The notes below the pieces were generated by a model that worked only from the letters and a program-made list of their open reading frames with translations, did no database searches and was not told the DNA's origin. A DNA stretch of 64,000 nucleotides from an uncultured Gammaproteobacteria bacterium. GTDB taxonomy: Bacteria; Pseudomonadota; Gammaproteobacteria; JABCZS01. The stretch lies in assembly GCA_964443025.1 (NCBI GenBank), contig CAYUEL010000001.1:6155-70154 (forward strand), read 5' to 3'. The position numbers were made by a program, and so were the translations under genes. Shown in pieces: positions 9,272 through 17,271 of the stretch. Each line of letters starts with the position of its first letter. The first letter of the stretch is position 1.

Positions 9272-10177
9272 TTATGGTGCCAACGACGGTTCCCATCCAC
9301 TACTATCCGCTTGCAACGATGGTAACGCTTTAATCGTTAAGATGCGATCGTTCACCGACAACATCTCTCCACCACCGGTAACACCTAATTCACGGTACGC
9401 TACTTGCGGCGGTGTTACCATCTTTTGCGCTAATAACATTCGGTAGCGCACCATCCCTTGATAATCCCGTTTCAATCGCGCCAAATTTTCCGCATAAATC
9501 TCATTGGCCTGTTTCACACCCGCAGCCCATCCTTCAATAATACCCTGTTGCCATGCTTTTTTTTCTTCTTGTGTTTGTGGCAACAACGATGGATCAGGTG
9601 GCTCCGGTGCACGTTGATCCATCCACAAATACTCGCGCCATGTAGGTGGCGTTGTTACAAACCGCGCTTGCTTCACGATACTGTAACTGCGATCCGCAAT
9701 GCGAAGATTCTGTGGATCATCCATGTTCGCAGCATTGCGCGCTTCTAATAATACGGGCGGTAAAATTTCATCATCCAAAATTAGACTGTTGAAATTAAAC
9801 ACGCTATCTAAGTAGCTCGCTTGTGTGGCTGTGGTTTCATTAATATGCTTTGACCGCCACGCCAACCCCGCTCTTGCACCTACGCTTAAAGCGGTTTCAC
9901 GAACTGCTTCCATGCGAATATAATTTGTGTTGCTTCCTTCCAAACTTGTTAATGCACCACTACGCGATAAGGTTTGCAACGTCTCAAACTCCTTGGGACC
10001 GGGTACAACTTCATTCTTAACCGTCCCTAAATCCATGGGGTTAGGCGCCCGAAGGGCGCTACATCCTATTATAAAAGCCAGGCTACAACAGGCTATTCCT
10101 TGAAGCAGCTTGCTCATATATAAGTTTGGCACATTCTCAAGCAAAACGCTGTTTCCTTTTGTATCAGTATGTTGCAA
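9272..10177 (-). CDS. dotC: DotC outer-membrane lipoprotein
   Basis: 301 aa (Legionella DotC is 303 aa). The lipoprotein signal has a lipobox Cys (LAFIIGCSAL). It is positioned between dotD and dotB. Confidence 0.75.
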   Translation of the reverse strand: MQHTDTKGNSVLLENVPNLYMSKLLQGIACCSLAFIIGCSALRAPNPMDLGTVKNEVVPGPKEFETLQTLSRSGALTSLEGSNTNYIRMEAVRETALSVGARAGLAWRSKHINETTATQASYLDSVFNFNSLILDDEILPPVLLEARNAANMDDPQNLRIADRSYSIVKQARFVTTPPTWREYLWMDQRAPEPPDPSLLPQTQEEKKAWQQGIIEGWAAGVKQANEIYAENLARLKRDYQGMVRYRMLLAQKMVTPPQVAYRELGVTGGGEMLSVNDRILTIKALPSLQADSSGWEPSLAP

Positions 10178-10225
10178 AAGTCAATCGACCTACAAACAAT
10201 CCAGTCCTTGGCCCTCCACCCCATC

Positions 10226-10711
10226 TTACAGGTAGTGCAGCTCAATCACCCCTGAGGTTGGAAATACCACCAATTCTGCCCGAGGAGATATTTGAGCCTG
10301 AATATCCTTCAATACATCATAAGTAAGAGCGTCGCGCTTACGCATGGAAACAAGCACAGGAACAGCCGGCTCCTTCCCGATCACTTTAAAACGCATATGA
10401 CTCGCCTGCGCGAGCTGCTTCACCAAAGGTTCAACAGGTCCTGCCCAATCGATGGACGTAACACGGGCTAACGCTTGTGGAATGATATCATCTGTTTCAC
10501 GCTTCACAATTCCATTGTCTTCACGCGACATGGTTGCTAATTCAGAAAGCGCTTGGCTAATTGAAGTGGCTGCTTCCGCAGTATTAACCATCGCTGGATC
10601 AGCTTCTTGAACGGCTTTCTCACCGCCCAAAGGATTCGGTGCCGGTATGACACCACAACCGACCAATAGCACTACTAAACCAGCTAACAAAAAATAAGTG
10701 TACTTCATCAT
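10226..10711 (-). CDS. dotD: DotD outer-membrane lipoprotein
   Basis: 161 aa with lipobox LLVGCG. The stretch DWAGPVEPLVKQLAQASHMRFKVIGKEPAVPVLVSM aligns with Legionella DotD DWSGPIEELTARIAKAAHFRFRVLGKSPSVPVLISI. Confidence 0.8.
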   Translation of the reverse strand: MMKYTYFLLAGLVVLLVGCGVIPAPNPLGGEKAVQEADPAMVNTAEAATSISQALSELATMSREDNGIVKRETDDIIPQALARVTSIDWAGPVEPLVKQLAQASHMRFKVIGKEPAVPVLVSMRKRDALTYDVLKDIQAQISPRAELVVFPTSGVIELHYL

Positions 10712-10759
10712 GCGACAATCATACCTTGTTTTTCCCTAACCTATAACCAAAATATTTCC

Positions 10760-11152
10760 ATGTTACTTAATATAGCAAATGACTTCATCTCTTGTGATAT
10801 ATTTAACCTTATGATTAACTTTGGCCAAAGCTTACAATTAGTGTCGAAAGAAATGAACATCGGGTTCACGCTGCATGATAAAGCTATTGAACTTTCTGAT
10901 GTATTCGCGGACAGCGGTTTACTTCCCGCCATTTTGCGTCGCGCCGATCAACTCTGCTCATTTTGCTTTGGCTATAATCTAGGAATTACCTTTGATGAAG
11001 CGGACAATTCGCGCTTAGGTGTCAAGGTAACATTTAATGATGAAGTACCTAACGTGTTACGTTTGATGTGCGCGGTTGAAATATTATTTGAATTAGCAGA
11101 ATCAGCGCAGAATCGTTCACGCATTGCACTCGATGATTTAATGTACGATTAA
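10760..11152 (+). CDS. icmS: IcmS type IV adaptor/chaperone; alternative start at 10811 gives 113 aa
   Basis: The motif ...SDVFADSGLLPAILRRADQLCSFCFGYNLGITFDE...VPNVLRLMCAVE...LDDLMYD matches the Legionella IcmS signature (GLLPAIAKRADQLCSLCLGY...LDELMYD). It is divergent from dotD. Confidence 0.8.
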   Translation: MLLNIANDFISCDIFNLMINFGQSLQLVSKEMNIGFTLHDKAIELSDVFADSGLLPAILRRADQLCSFCFGYNLGITFDEADNSRLGVKVTFNDEVPNVLRLMCAVEILFELAESAQNRSRIALDDLMYD

Positions 11153-11164
11153 CAGGACACGTTT

Positions 11165-12295
11165 ATGGCTCGACAAGCGGCGGGTGGCGGCGGTGGTGGT
11201 GAAGGCTCAAACTCCATGGATTTACTTTGGGGTGTAGCATTTGCTGTGGCCGTTTGTTTAGCATTGTGGTACTTTGCACGTGGCCCTATCATTAAAGTTT
11301 TTTTCATTGTTAAACTCTTTGAAATACAAATGATCAGTTTTTTCACGGATGGCGCAGAACCTGTTAAACAGCAAATCTTAGCTTTTTACGACCAACCTAA
11401 GAATGTCACCATCCCACAATTGCAAATGTGGTTTGGTGAGGTCGGTAAGTTTTTACGTTTCCCTTTTATTGGTGTGATTGGAATATTAGTGATTTGGGTA
11501 TTTCTAAAACACCCCGTATTAAAATTCAAAAATGTATTTGACATGAATCGTTTACGTAATTCAGAAAAAGATATCTGGCCACAAATTACACCCATTGTAG
11601 GCCTTGATCTTGTCAAAATAGATATCAATGAAGGTGAATGGGCCATGGCGGAATCACCAATGCCGTTTGCCAAAAAACATAAATTACTCGAAGAACTTCC
11701 TCAACCGATTGATCCTTTTCTAGCTCGCATGGGGCTAATTGAGGTCCGTGTGATTGAAGAAAAAGCACGCGCAGTTTTCGTTAAACAAATGGGTCCTGTT
11801 TTTGATGATCTCAACAACATGCCTATTCATGTGAAAGCATTATTTGCTGTATTCGCCGCGAAAGGCGCCAATGATGATGCTGGATGCCGTGAATTACTCA
11901 TGCGCATTGCCAAATCATCAGGCACTGGGAAATTAGATTTTTCCGGTGCAATGGCATTGTTACGCAAGCATTACAACACTAAAGCCATCTCACGTATTTT
12001 AAGTAATCACGCCTATGTTTATACCATGATGTCTTCCATGTTGATTCATGCGCGCACAACGGGTGTATTAGCCTCTGCAGATTTTCTATGGTTAAAACCG
12101 TTAGATCGCCGCTTATGGTTTATATTAAATGGTACGGGAAAACACGTGGCATTTTGCGAAATTGCAGGACCTTTCAGCCATTGGAGAGCTGAACGCGCAT
12201 TAAAACGTAAAATCACGCAACCCATGGTTGATGGTGCTATTAAAGGTTTGCAAGAAGCAATCAAAGGTATTATTTACACGCGGGATGAAGAATAA
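11165..12295 (+). CDS. icmP: IcmP/DotM inner-membrane component of the type IV coupling complex
   Basis: 376 aa, the same length as Legionella DotM. An N-terminal TM hairpin is followed by a cytoplasmic domain. It lies immediately upstream of icmO, and its stop overlaps the icmO start (TAATG). Confidence 0.7.
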   Translation: MARQAAGGGGGGEGSNSMDLLWGVAFAVAVCLALWYFARGPIIKVFFIVKLFEIQMISFFTDGAEPVKQQILAFYDQPKNVTIPQLQMWFGEVGKFLRFPFIGVIGILVIWVFLKHPVLKFKNVFDMNRLRNSEKDIWPQITPIVGLDLVKIDINEGEWAMAESPMPFAKKHKLLEELPQPIDPFLARMGLIEVRVIEEKARAVFVKQMGPVFDDLNNMPIHVKALFAVFAAKGANDDAGCRELLMRIAKSSGTGKLDFSGAMALLRKHYNTKAISRILSNHAYVYTMMSSMLIHARTTGVLASADFLWLKPLDRRLWFILNGTGKHVAFCEIAGPFSHWRAERALKRKITQPMVDGAIKGLQEAIKGIIYTRDEE

Positions 12296-14661
12296 TGGCG
12301 AGAATAACGCGTGGTGTAGAAGAAAGACATGAGCAGAAACCGCAGCAGCTGATTCGTGATACGCGTCCCTTATCCGAACGTTTTATTGAATACATTAAAG
12401 ATCCCAGTTCCGCGATCATTATGCTTGTGGCTTTTGGTGCAAGTATTTTTTTATTACCCGCTGGCAATGATATTTTATTATTATTAGCAATTATCATGTT
12501 CATGGTTTGCATGCTCACCAAAAAAACATTGCCGTTTCGCTTACCAAAACGTTGCGGTTTACTTGATTACAATGATCTCACGCCGAACAATCAACCCAAA
12601 AAAGCCGGCGGCATTGTTTATTTTGGCAATGAAAAATCTACGAATCTCGAACTATGGTTTACCAATGAAGACATGCGGACACACTGTTTGATTTTCGGAT
12701 CTACTGGTTCAGGTAAAACCGTTACACTCATATCGCTTTCGTATAGTGCATTGTTGCAAGGATCGGGTTACATTTACGTGGACGGTAAAGGTGATAACTC
12801 ATTATTTGCGAATACGTTTTCGATGGCACGCAGCATGGGGCGCGAAGATGATGTATTACTCATTAACTTCATGACCGGTGCGCGCGATATTATTGGCCCG
12901 CAAAAAACACGCATATCCAATACCATGAATCCTTTTTCCATGGGTTCATCAAGCATGTGCGCACAGTTGGTGACGAGTTTAATGCCATCATCCTCTGCAT
13001 CACCTGATGGTGACATGTGGATGGGCCGTGCGATTGCGTTCGTTGAAGCGCTCATGAAAATATTGGTTTACATGCGTGATCGCGGTGATTTATTATTAGA
13101 TGCACACAGTATCCGTAATTATTTCACATTACACAAACTTGAATCGATTGCATTGGATAAACGTTTTCCACTCGAGGGTGAAAAAACTGTATCGATTGAA
13201 GACGCGCCTGATGTTGTGTTGCAACCCATCGCTAACTACCTTGATACATTGCCAGGTTTTCATCCGAGTAAAAAAGGTAAACAAAGTTCGGAAGTGTTGG
13301 AACAGCACGGTTTTATTACCATGCAATTAACACGCGTATTTACATCACTTGCAGATACGTATGGACATATCTTACGTACAGAATTACCCGAAGTAGATTT
13401 TAAAGACGTGGTATTAAATCGACGCATTTTGGTTGTATTATTACCTGCATTAGAAAAAGCACCCACGGAATTATCTAACTTGGGTAAAATCATTGTGGCA
13501 TCATTAAAAGCCATGATGGCGTCCGGCTTGGGTGAACAAGTCGAGGGTACGTATCAAGAAACGATTGAAATGAAAATCACCAATGCGCCCACACCGTTTT
13601 TATGTATCCTAGATGAATATGGTTATTATGCAGTAGAAGGTTTTGCTGTGGTACCTGCGCAAGCACGTTCACTCGGCTTCTCTGCAATATTCGCTGGACA
13701 AGATTTACCCGCATTCCAAAAGGCATCGAAAGAAGAAGCCTTATCCATCGGTGCAAACACCAACATTAAAATATGTATGAAATTGGAAGACCCAATCGAA
13801 ACGTGGGATTTCTTCCAGAAAACAGCGGGCGAAGCATTCGTCACACAAACAGGTGGATTTGAAACCAACGTCAGCAGCATGACGAACAGTTATCTAGATA
13901 CGCGCAGCGCATCCATTGAAAAACGCGCACGTATTGATCTATTGGATTTGAAAGATCAAGATGTCGGTGAAATGCACATCTTCTTTAAATCACGCATTGT
14001 ACGTGCACGATCATTTTATGCAAATCCAAAACCTGTTAAGCGCATGAAACTGAATCAATATTTAAAAATCAAGCCGCCGCCCGATGAAGATATTATTCAC
14101 ATTAATAACCGTCTGTTTTACTTTCAGGAATCATTTAAAGATCCACGTCGTTTGGATAAACAAGAGATTACCTTAGATGATGAATTGCAATTCATTTTAA
14201 AATACATGGATCAACATCCAAATTCTCCCGGAACACCGACCGCTGCCGCTGCATTCAGAGCCTATTATGATTTCGAGCACGGTGAAGAGGAAGTGTACGA
14301 TGAAGAACTCGAAGCCCCTGTTGAAGGTATGGATATTTTAACGCAACCCATGCCATCGCTCAGAGATATGGAAACGCTTGATCCTATGCAATTGCTCAAT
14401 ATGCCTGCTTACAGCGGACCATTGGTTGATAAAGTGGAAACACGTAAAAACATTGAACGTATCGAACGTTATTTCGGCGAACCGCGTAACCGTGCCACTG
14501 CTCATGCAACCCGTTTATTAAAAGATTTACGCGTTGCTACGAAATACCCGCCCGGCCATGTACCTCCTCCTACTAAAACCGAAACCCTCGAAGCGATGGA
14601 TAAACTTATCCAGTATTTCCATAAGTTGAAGGCTGAGGCGAAGAGTGAAAGTAAAGGATGA
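12295..14661 (+). CDS. icmO: IcmO/DotL type IV coupling protein ATPase
   Basis: 788 aa. N-terminal TM segments, the Walker A motif GSTGSGKT and a long C-terminal tail are present. Size and architecture match DotL (783 aa). Confidence 0.85.
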   Translation: MARITRGVEERHEQKPQQLIRDTRPLSERFIEYIKDPSSAIIMLVAFGASIFLLPAGNDILLLLAIIMFMVCMLTKKTLPFRLPKRCGLLDYNDLTPNNQPKKAGGIVYFGNEKSTNLELWFTNEDMRTHCLIFGSTGSGKTVTLISLSYSALLQGSGYIYVDGKGDNSLFANTFSMARSMGREDDVLLINFMTGARDIIGPQKTRISNTMNPFSMGSSSMCAQLVTSLMPSSSASPDGDMWMGRAIAFVEALMKILVYMRDRGDLLLDAHSIRNYFTLHKLESIALDKRFPLEGEKTVSIEDAPDVVLQPIANYLDTLPGFHPSKKGKQSSEVLEQHGFITMQLTRVFTSLADTYGHILRTELPEVDFKDVVLNRRILVVLLPALEKAPTELSNLGKIIVASLKAMMASGLGEQVEGTYQETIEMKITNAPTPFLCILDEYGYYAVEGFAVVPAQARSLGFSAIFAGQDLPAFQKASKEEALSIGANTNIKICMKLEDPIETWDFFQKTAGEAFVTQTGGFETNVSSMTNSYLDTRSASIEKRARIDLLDLKDQDVGEMHIFFKSRIVRARSFYANPKPVKRMKLNQYLKIKPPPDEDIIHINNRLFYFQESFKDPRRLDKQEITLDDELQFILKYMDQHPNSPGTPTAAAAFRAYYDFEHGEEEVYDEELEAPVEGMDILTQPMPSLRDMETLDPMQLLNMPAYSGPLVDKVETRKNIERIERYFGEPRNRATAHATRLLKDLRVATKYPPGHVPPPTKTETLEAMDKLIQYFHKLKAEAKSESKG

Positions 14662-16122
14662 TTATCCTGGGATACTGTTACTGTTTAATAACGTAGAAAA
14701 GTCAATGACCTCCGCAAAGTACCCACTATCTTTAACTGACTCGCTTACACCGTTAATATGAATCAAAACTGGAAAGCATGAAAATCCTTTAGGCAACACT
14801 AAACGTGCTATTTTTTCTTTCATCTCTTGAATAATATCATTCGTTATCTCATGTTGTGAGAATTTAACTTCACAGGCAAATAAAGTGTTAAATCGAGTCT
14901 GAATTAAATAATCTATTTGACATCCAGATTTAGTAGTAGATTTCCTCTGAAAAAAAGGATTATCAGAGATAATATCATTCGGAGATAAATTTAATAATTT
15001 TTTAATCACTTTTCTATTTTTCAATACTAGGTTTTCAAACTGCAATCCCATTAATATATTCCAGTTGGGTAATTGCGATAAAGAAACATCCGTGAAATTA
15101 TCTAATGCTATTCTATCTTTATTAGGAAAAATAAATTTTAAATAAAATCTTAAATAATTATCACTTAAACGAAATACACTCAACCTTGAAGACTTACCGG
15201 ATTTAATCAACCAGGTATAATCCCTCGAAACAAAGCTTGATTCCACTAAACTATCAAGATAATCGCTGATAACACCACTTTTCTTATAATTTAATTTCTG
15301 ACAAATGCTATTAAAGTCACAGGAGCCTTCAGATAAAATCTCAACAATTTTTCTATAAACCTCACCCCTTCTTTGAAATAAGTCATGAAAAATCCTTTCA
15401 AATTCGTGAAACAATAATCCCTCTTTAATGAAACATAATTTTTTGATATTATCATCTGCATTAAACTTAGATTGAATTTGTTCTAAATACCAAGGAATTC
15501 CACCTAGCACTGATAATAATTTAAATTTTTCATAATCTGACCCCCTAAAACCTTGCTTCAATAACATGTCATTGCAATCCAGCAAAGGCAATTCCTCTAA
15601 TGTTAAGTAAAGAGAAATTCTGCCAAAAAAAGCTGTGCTACTGAGGATATTCTTTTCAATCCAAGTTGAAACCGAACCACACAATACCAATATTAACTCC
15701 GGATTCTTTTTAAATTCCATATCCCAAGCATTTTTTAATTTCCCTAAAAAGGTGGGGTCTTTAGATCCCATCCAAGATATTTCATCCAACAAAATAACCA
15801 CTCGACCTTGTTGCGTATGTCGAGCCAGTAAAGAAAATAATTCCGCCCAATCCTGGACACGCAGACCTGGAAGACCTAATTGTTTTGCTAGTTGTTGGGC
15901 AAATGCATCTTGTTGAGATTGCCGAGTGCTTCCCTTCGCAGGAGCAAGACCAGAAAATTGAAAAAAGCTGTAATCTTTGCCAAATTCCTCAATTAAACGG
16001 CTTTTGCCAATACGACGACGGCCCCGCACCACCACTAGGCTTGCACTTTGCTTATCAAATAAGCCTTTGAGTTTGGCTAACTCAGACTCTCTGCCTATAA
16101 AAGGGGCATTAGCAGGTGACAT
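14662..16122 (-). CDS. AAA+ ATPase of the archaeal-ATPase (COG1672-like) type with a winged-helix region and a C-terminal PD-(D/E)xK-like module (DUF234-like)
   Basis: It has a Walker A motif (GRRRIGKS) and Walker B (VVILLDEISW). The C-terminal motif QIDYLIQT...FACEVKF fits D...E-x-K. The ORF track starts at a GTG at 16143. The ATG at 16122 is preceded by a strong AGGAG SD and is the likelier start. The stop abuts the icmO stop with no spacer. Confidence 0.6.
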   Translation of the reverse strand: MSPANAPFIGRESELAKLKGLFDKQSASLVVVRGRRRIGKSRLIEEFGKDYSFFQFSGLAPAKGSTRQSQQDAFAQQLAKQLGLPGLRVQDWAELFSLLARHTQQGRVVILLDEISWMGSKDPTFLGKLKNAWDMEFKKNPELILVLCGSVSTWIEKNILSSTAFFGRISLYLTLEELPLLDCNDMLLKQGFRGSDYEKFKLLSVLGGIPWYLEQIQSKFNADDNIKKLCFIKEGLLFHEFERIFHDLFQRRGEVYRKIVEILSEGSCDFNSICQKLNYKKSGVISDYLDSLVESSFVSRDYTWLIKSGKSSRLSVFRLSDNYLRFYLKFIFPNKDRIALDNFTDVSLSQLPNWNILMGLQFENLVLKNRKVIKKLLNLSPNDIISDNPFFQRKSTTKSGCQIDYLIQTRFNTLFACEVKFSQHEITNDIIQEMKEKIARLVLPKGFSCFPVLIHINGVSESVKDSGYFAEVIDFSTLLNSNSIPG

Positions 16123-16133
16123 TTGATTACTCC

Positions 16134-16229
16134 TATTATGCACATAATAGGAAATTCTACATTATGTGCATAATATAGTCAATGGCGATATTATGCACAT
16201 AATTCAAAATTCTATATTATGTGCATAAT
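16134..16229. promoter_or_regulatory. Array of four 14-bp sites, ATTATGCACATAAT and its reverse complement in alternating orientation at about 27-bp centre spacing; putative operator/iteron array directly upstream of ATPase gene 1
   Basis: Seen directly: sites at 16134-16147 (+), 16161-16174 (rc), 16190-16203 (+) and 16216-16229 (rc). This amounts to two tandem copies of an inverted-repeat unit with an AAATTCTA-containing 11-12-bp spacer. The array overlaps the -10/RBS region of the ATPase. Confidence 0.6.
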
Positions 16230-16316
16230 AACTTCCGTTTGAATAACCCAATGATATTTAAGGGATAATAAGTAGTTATTTATACCCAACTGTAGTTTGA
16301 TTAGATTGAATAGGTG

Positions 16317-16592
16317 CTAGAGTTTCTTTATCTGAATAATCTTATCTCTAGTCTTTAGCCCGCGAATGATGATGAAAGCAGAGCAGGGGATACCGAGCTC
16401 TTTGGATAGCAACCTAATAACTTCTTTGTTAGCTTTACCATCTTCAGGAGCCACGGTTACATAAACACGAATACGTTTCTTGCCATTTTCAAGGTGCTCA
16501 ATTTTAATTCGATTAGCTGCTGCCTTTGGTGTTACACGTACATGTAAAATGTCACCAAAATCATCAAGGCTGGTAAAGAGGTCTAGTATCAT
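16317..16592 (-). CDS. YggU-like DUF167 (UPF0235) small protein
   Basis: 91 aa. Its pattern (VRVTPKA...NRI...IRVYVTAPPEDGKAN.ELI..LSK.LG) is typical of the YggU family. It is an orphan in the accessory island. Confidence 0.5.
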   Translation of the reverse strand: MILDLFTSLDDFGDILHVRVTPKAAANRIKIEHLENGKKRIRVYVTVAPEDGKANKEVIRLLSKELGIPCSAFIIIRGLKTRDKIIQIKKL

Positions 16593-16731
16593 CGTATCAA
16601 CAGTTTATCTTATATTGCATCGCATTTTAAGAGCATGAAGATTAAAAGCAGTCTATTCAAATATTTTAAACGCTATTACGCAAGCATGAGCCAGCGAACA
16701 TTGGTGATGAGTTAGATCTCATCTGATCGCT

Positions 16732-16806
16732 CCGCTCACTCACGTTCGCGGTTCCCGTAAAGGCTTGTCGTAATCTCATACGTGAGGCGCGAACGTTAGT
16801 GAGCGG
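16732..16806. repeat. Imperfect inverted repeat (19-bp arms CCGCTCACTCACGTTCGCG / CGCGAACGTTAGTGAGCGG, 37-nt loop); REP/MITE-like element, with a third solo copy at 9239-9259
   Basis: Arms at 16732-16750 and 16788-16806 are reverse complements with one mismatch. The related sequence ACCGCTCTCTTACGTTCGCGG lies between dotC and dotB at 9239-9259. Confidence 0.5.
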
Positions 16807-16836
16807 GTGTGGAAAATTATAAATTTATACCTTGTT

Positions 16837-17271
16837 TTATGCATCAGGATTTTCTCCTCCAAGATAAGGTACATTTTCTTTTTCAGCATAATACTTATAT
16901 ATTTCAGCGAATTCCCATTCAGGTTCATAGACTTCTAGAATATCATCCATGACCGCATGTACTCTGGGGTCGTGGGTTTTGTTACACTTTGCAATTGCCG
17001 CCTCTTTTATCTCTTCCCACTGCAATTCACGCATACAAAATACAATGATTTCAAAAGGGCCTATTGTGCGGTCATAAACTAATTCAACAAAGCAGTCTAC
17101 TAAAATATCTCTATGTTTAAGATTTTTTTTTGTAAATTCAAGAATCGCTAATAAATCAGGCTCAAGATCGGGAGCGCCTCGAGTCATTGTTTCCCAGGTC
17201 TTATCTGCTTTTTTACAAAGTTCCTTAAACTCATTTACAATTGCTTCTCTTTGGTTCATTTTGGTCTCCAT
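16837..17271 (-). CDS. Acidic 144-aa protein overlapping the 3' end of the J-domain gene; candidate immunity protein, chaperone or meta-effector
   Basis: Its start overlaps the stop of the 1390-aa gene by 16 nt. It is acidic, with a Glu-rich C-terminus (EPEWEFAEIYKYYAEKENVPYLGGENPDA). No family was recognised. Confidence 0.45.
   Translation of the reverse strand: METKMNQREAIVNEFKELCKKADKTWETMTRGAPDLEPDLLAILEFTKKNLKHRDILVDCFVELVYDRTIGPFEIIVFCMRELQWEEIKEAAIAKCNKTHDPRVHAVMDDILEVYEPEWEFAEIYKYYAEKENVPYLGGENPDA

Noticed and set aside
16134..16229. Possible CRISPR array (and likewise 41859-41947)
   Set aside because: There are only four short sites in alternating, not direct, orientation, with near-identical spacers and no cas genes. 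They behave like operator or iteron sites, not CRISPR repeats.
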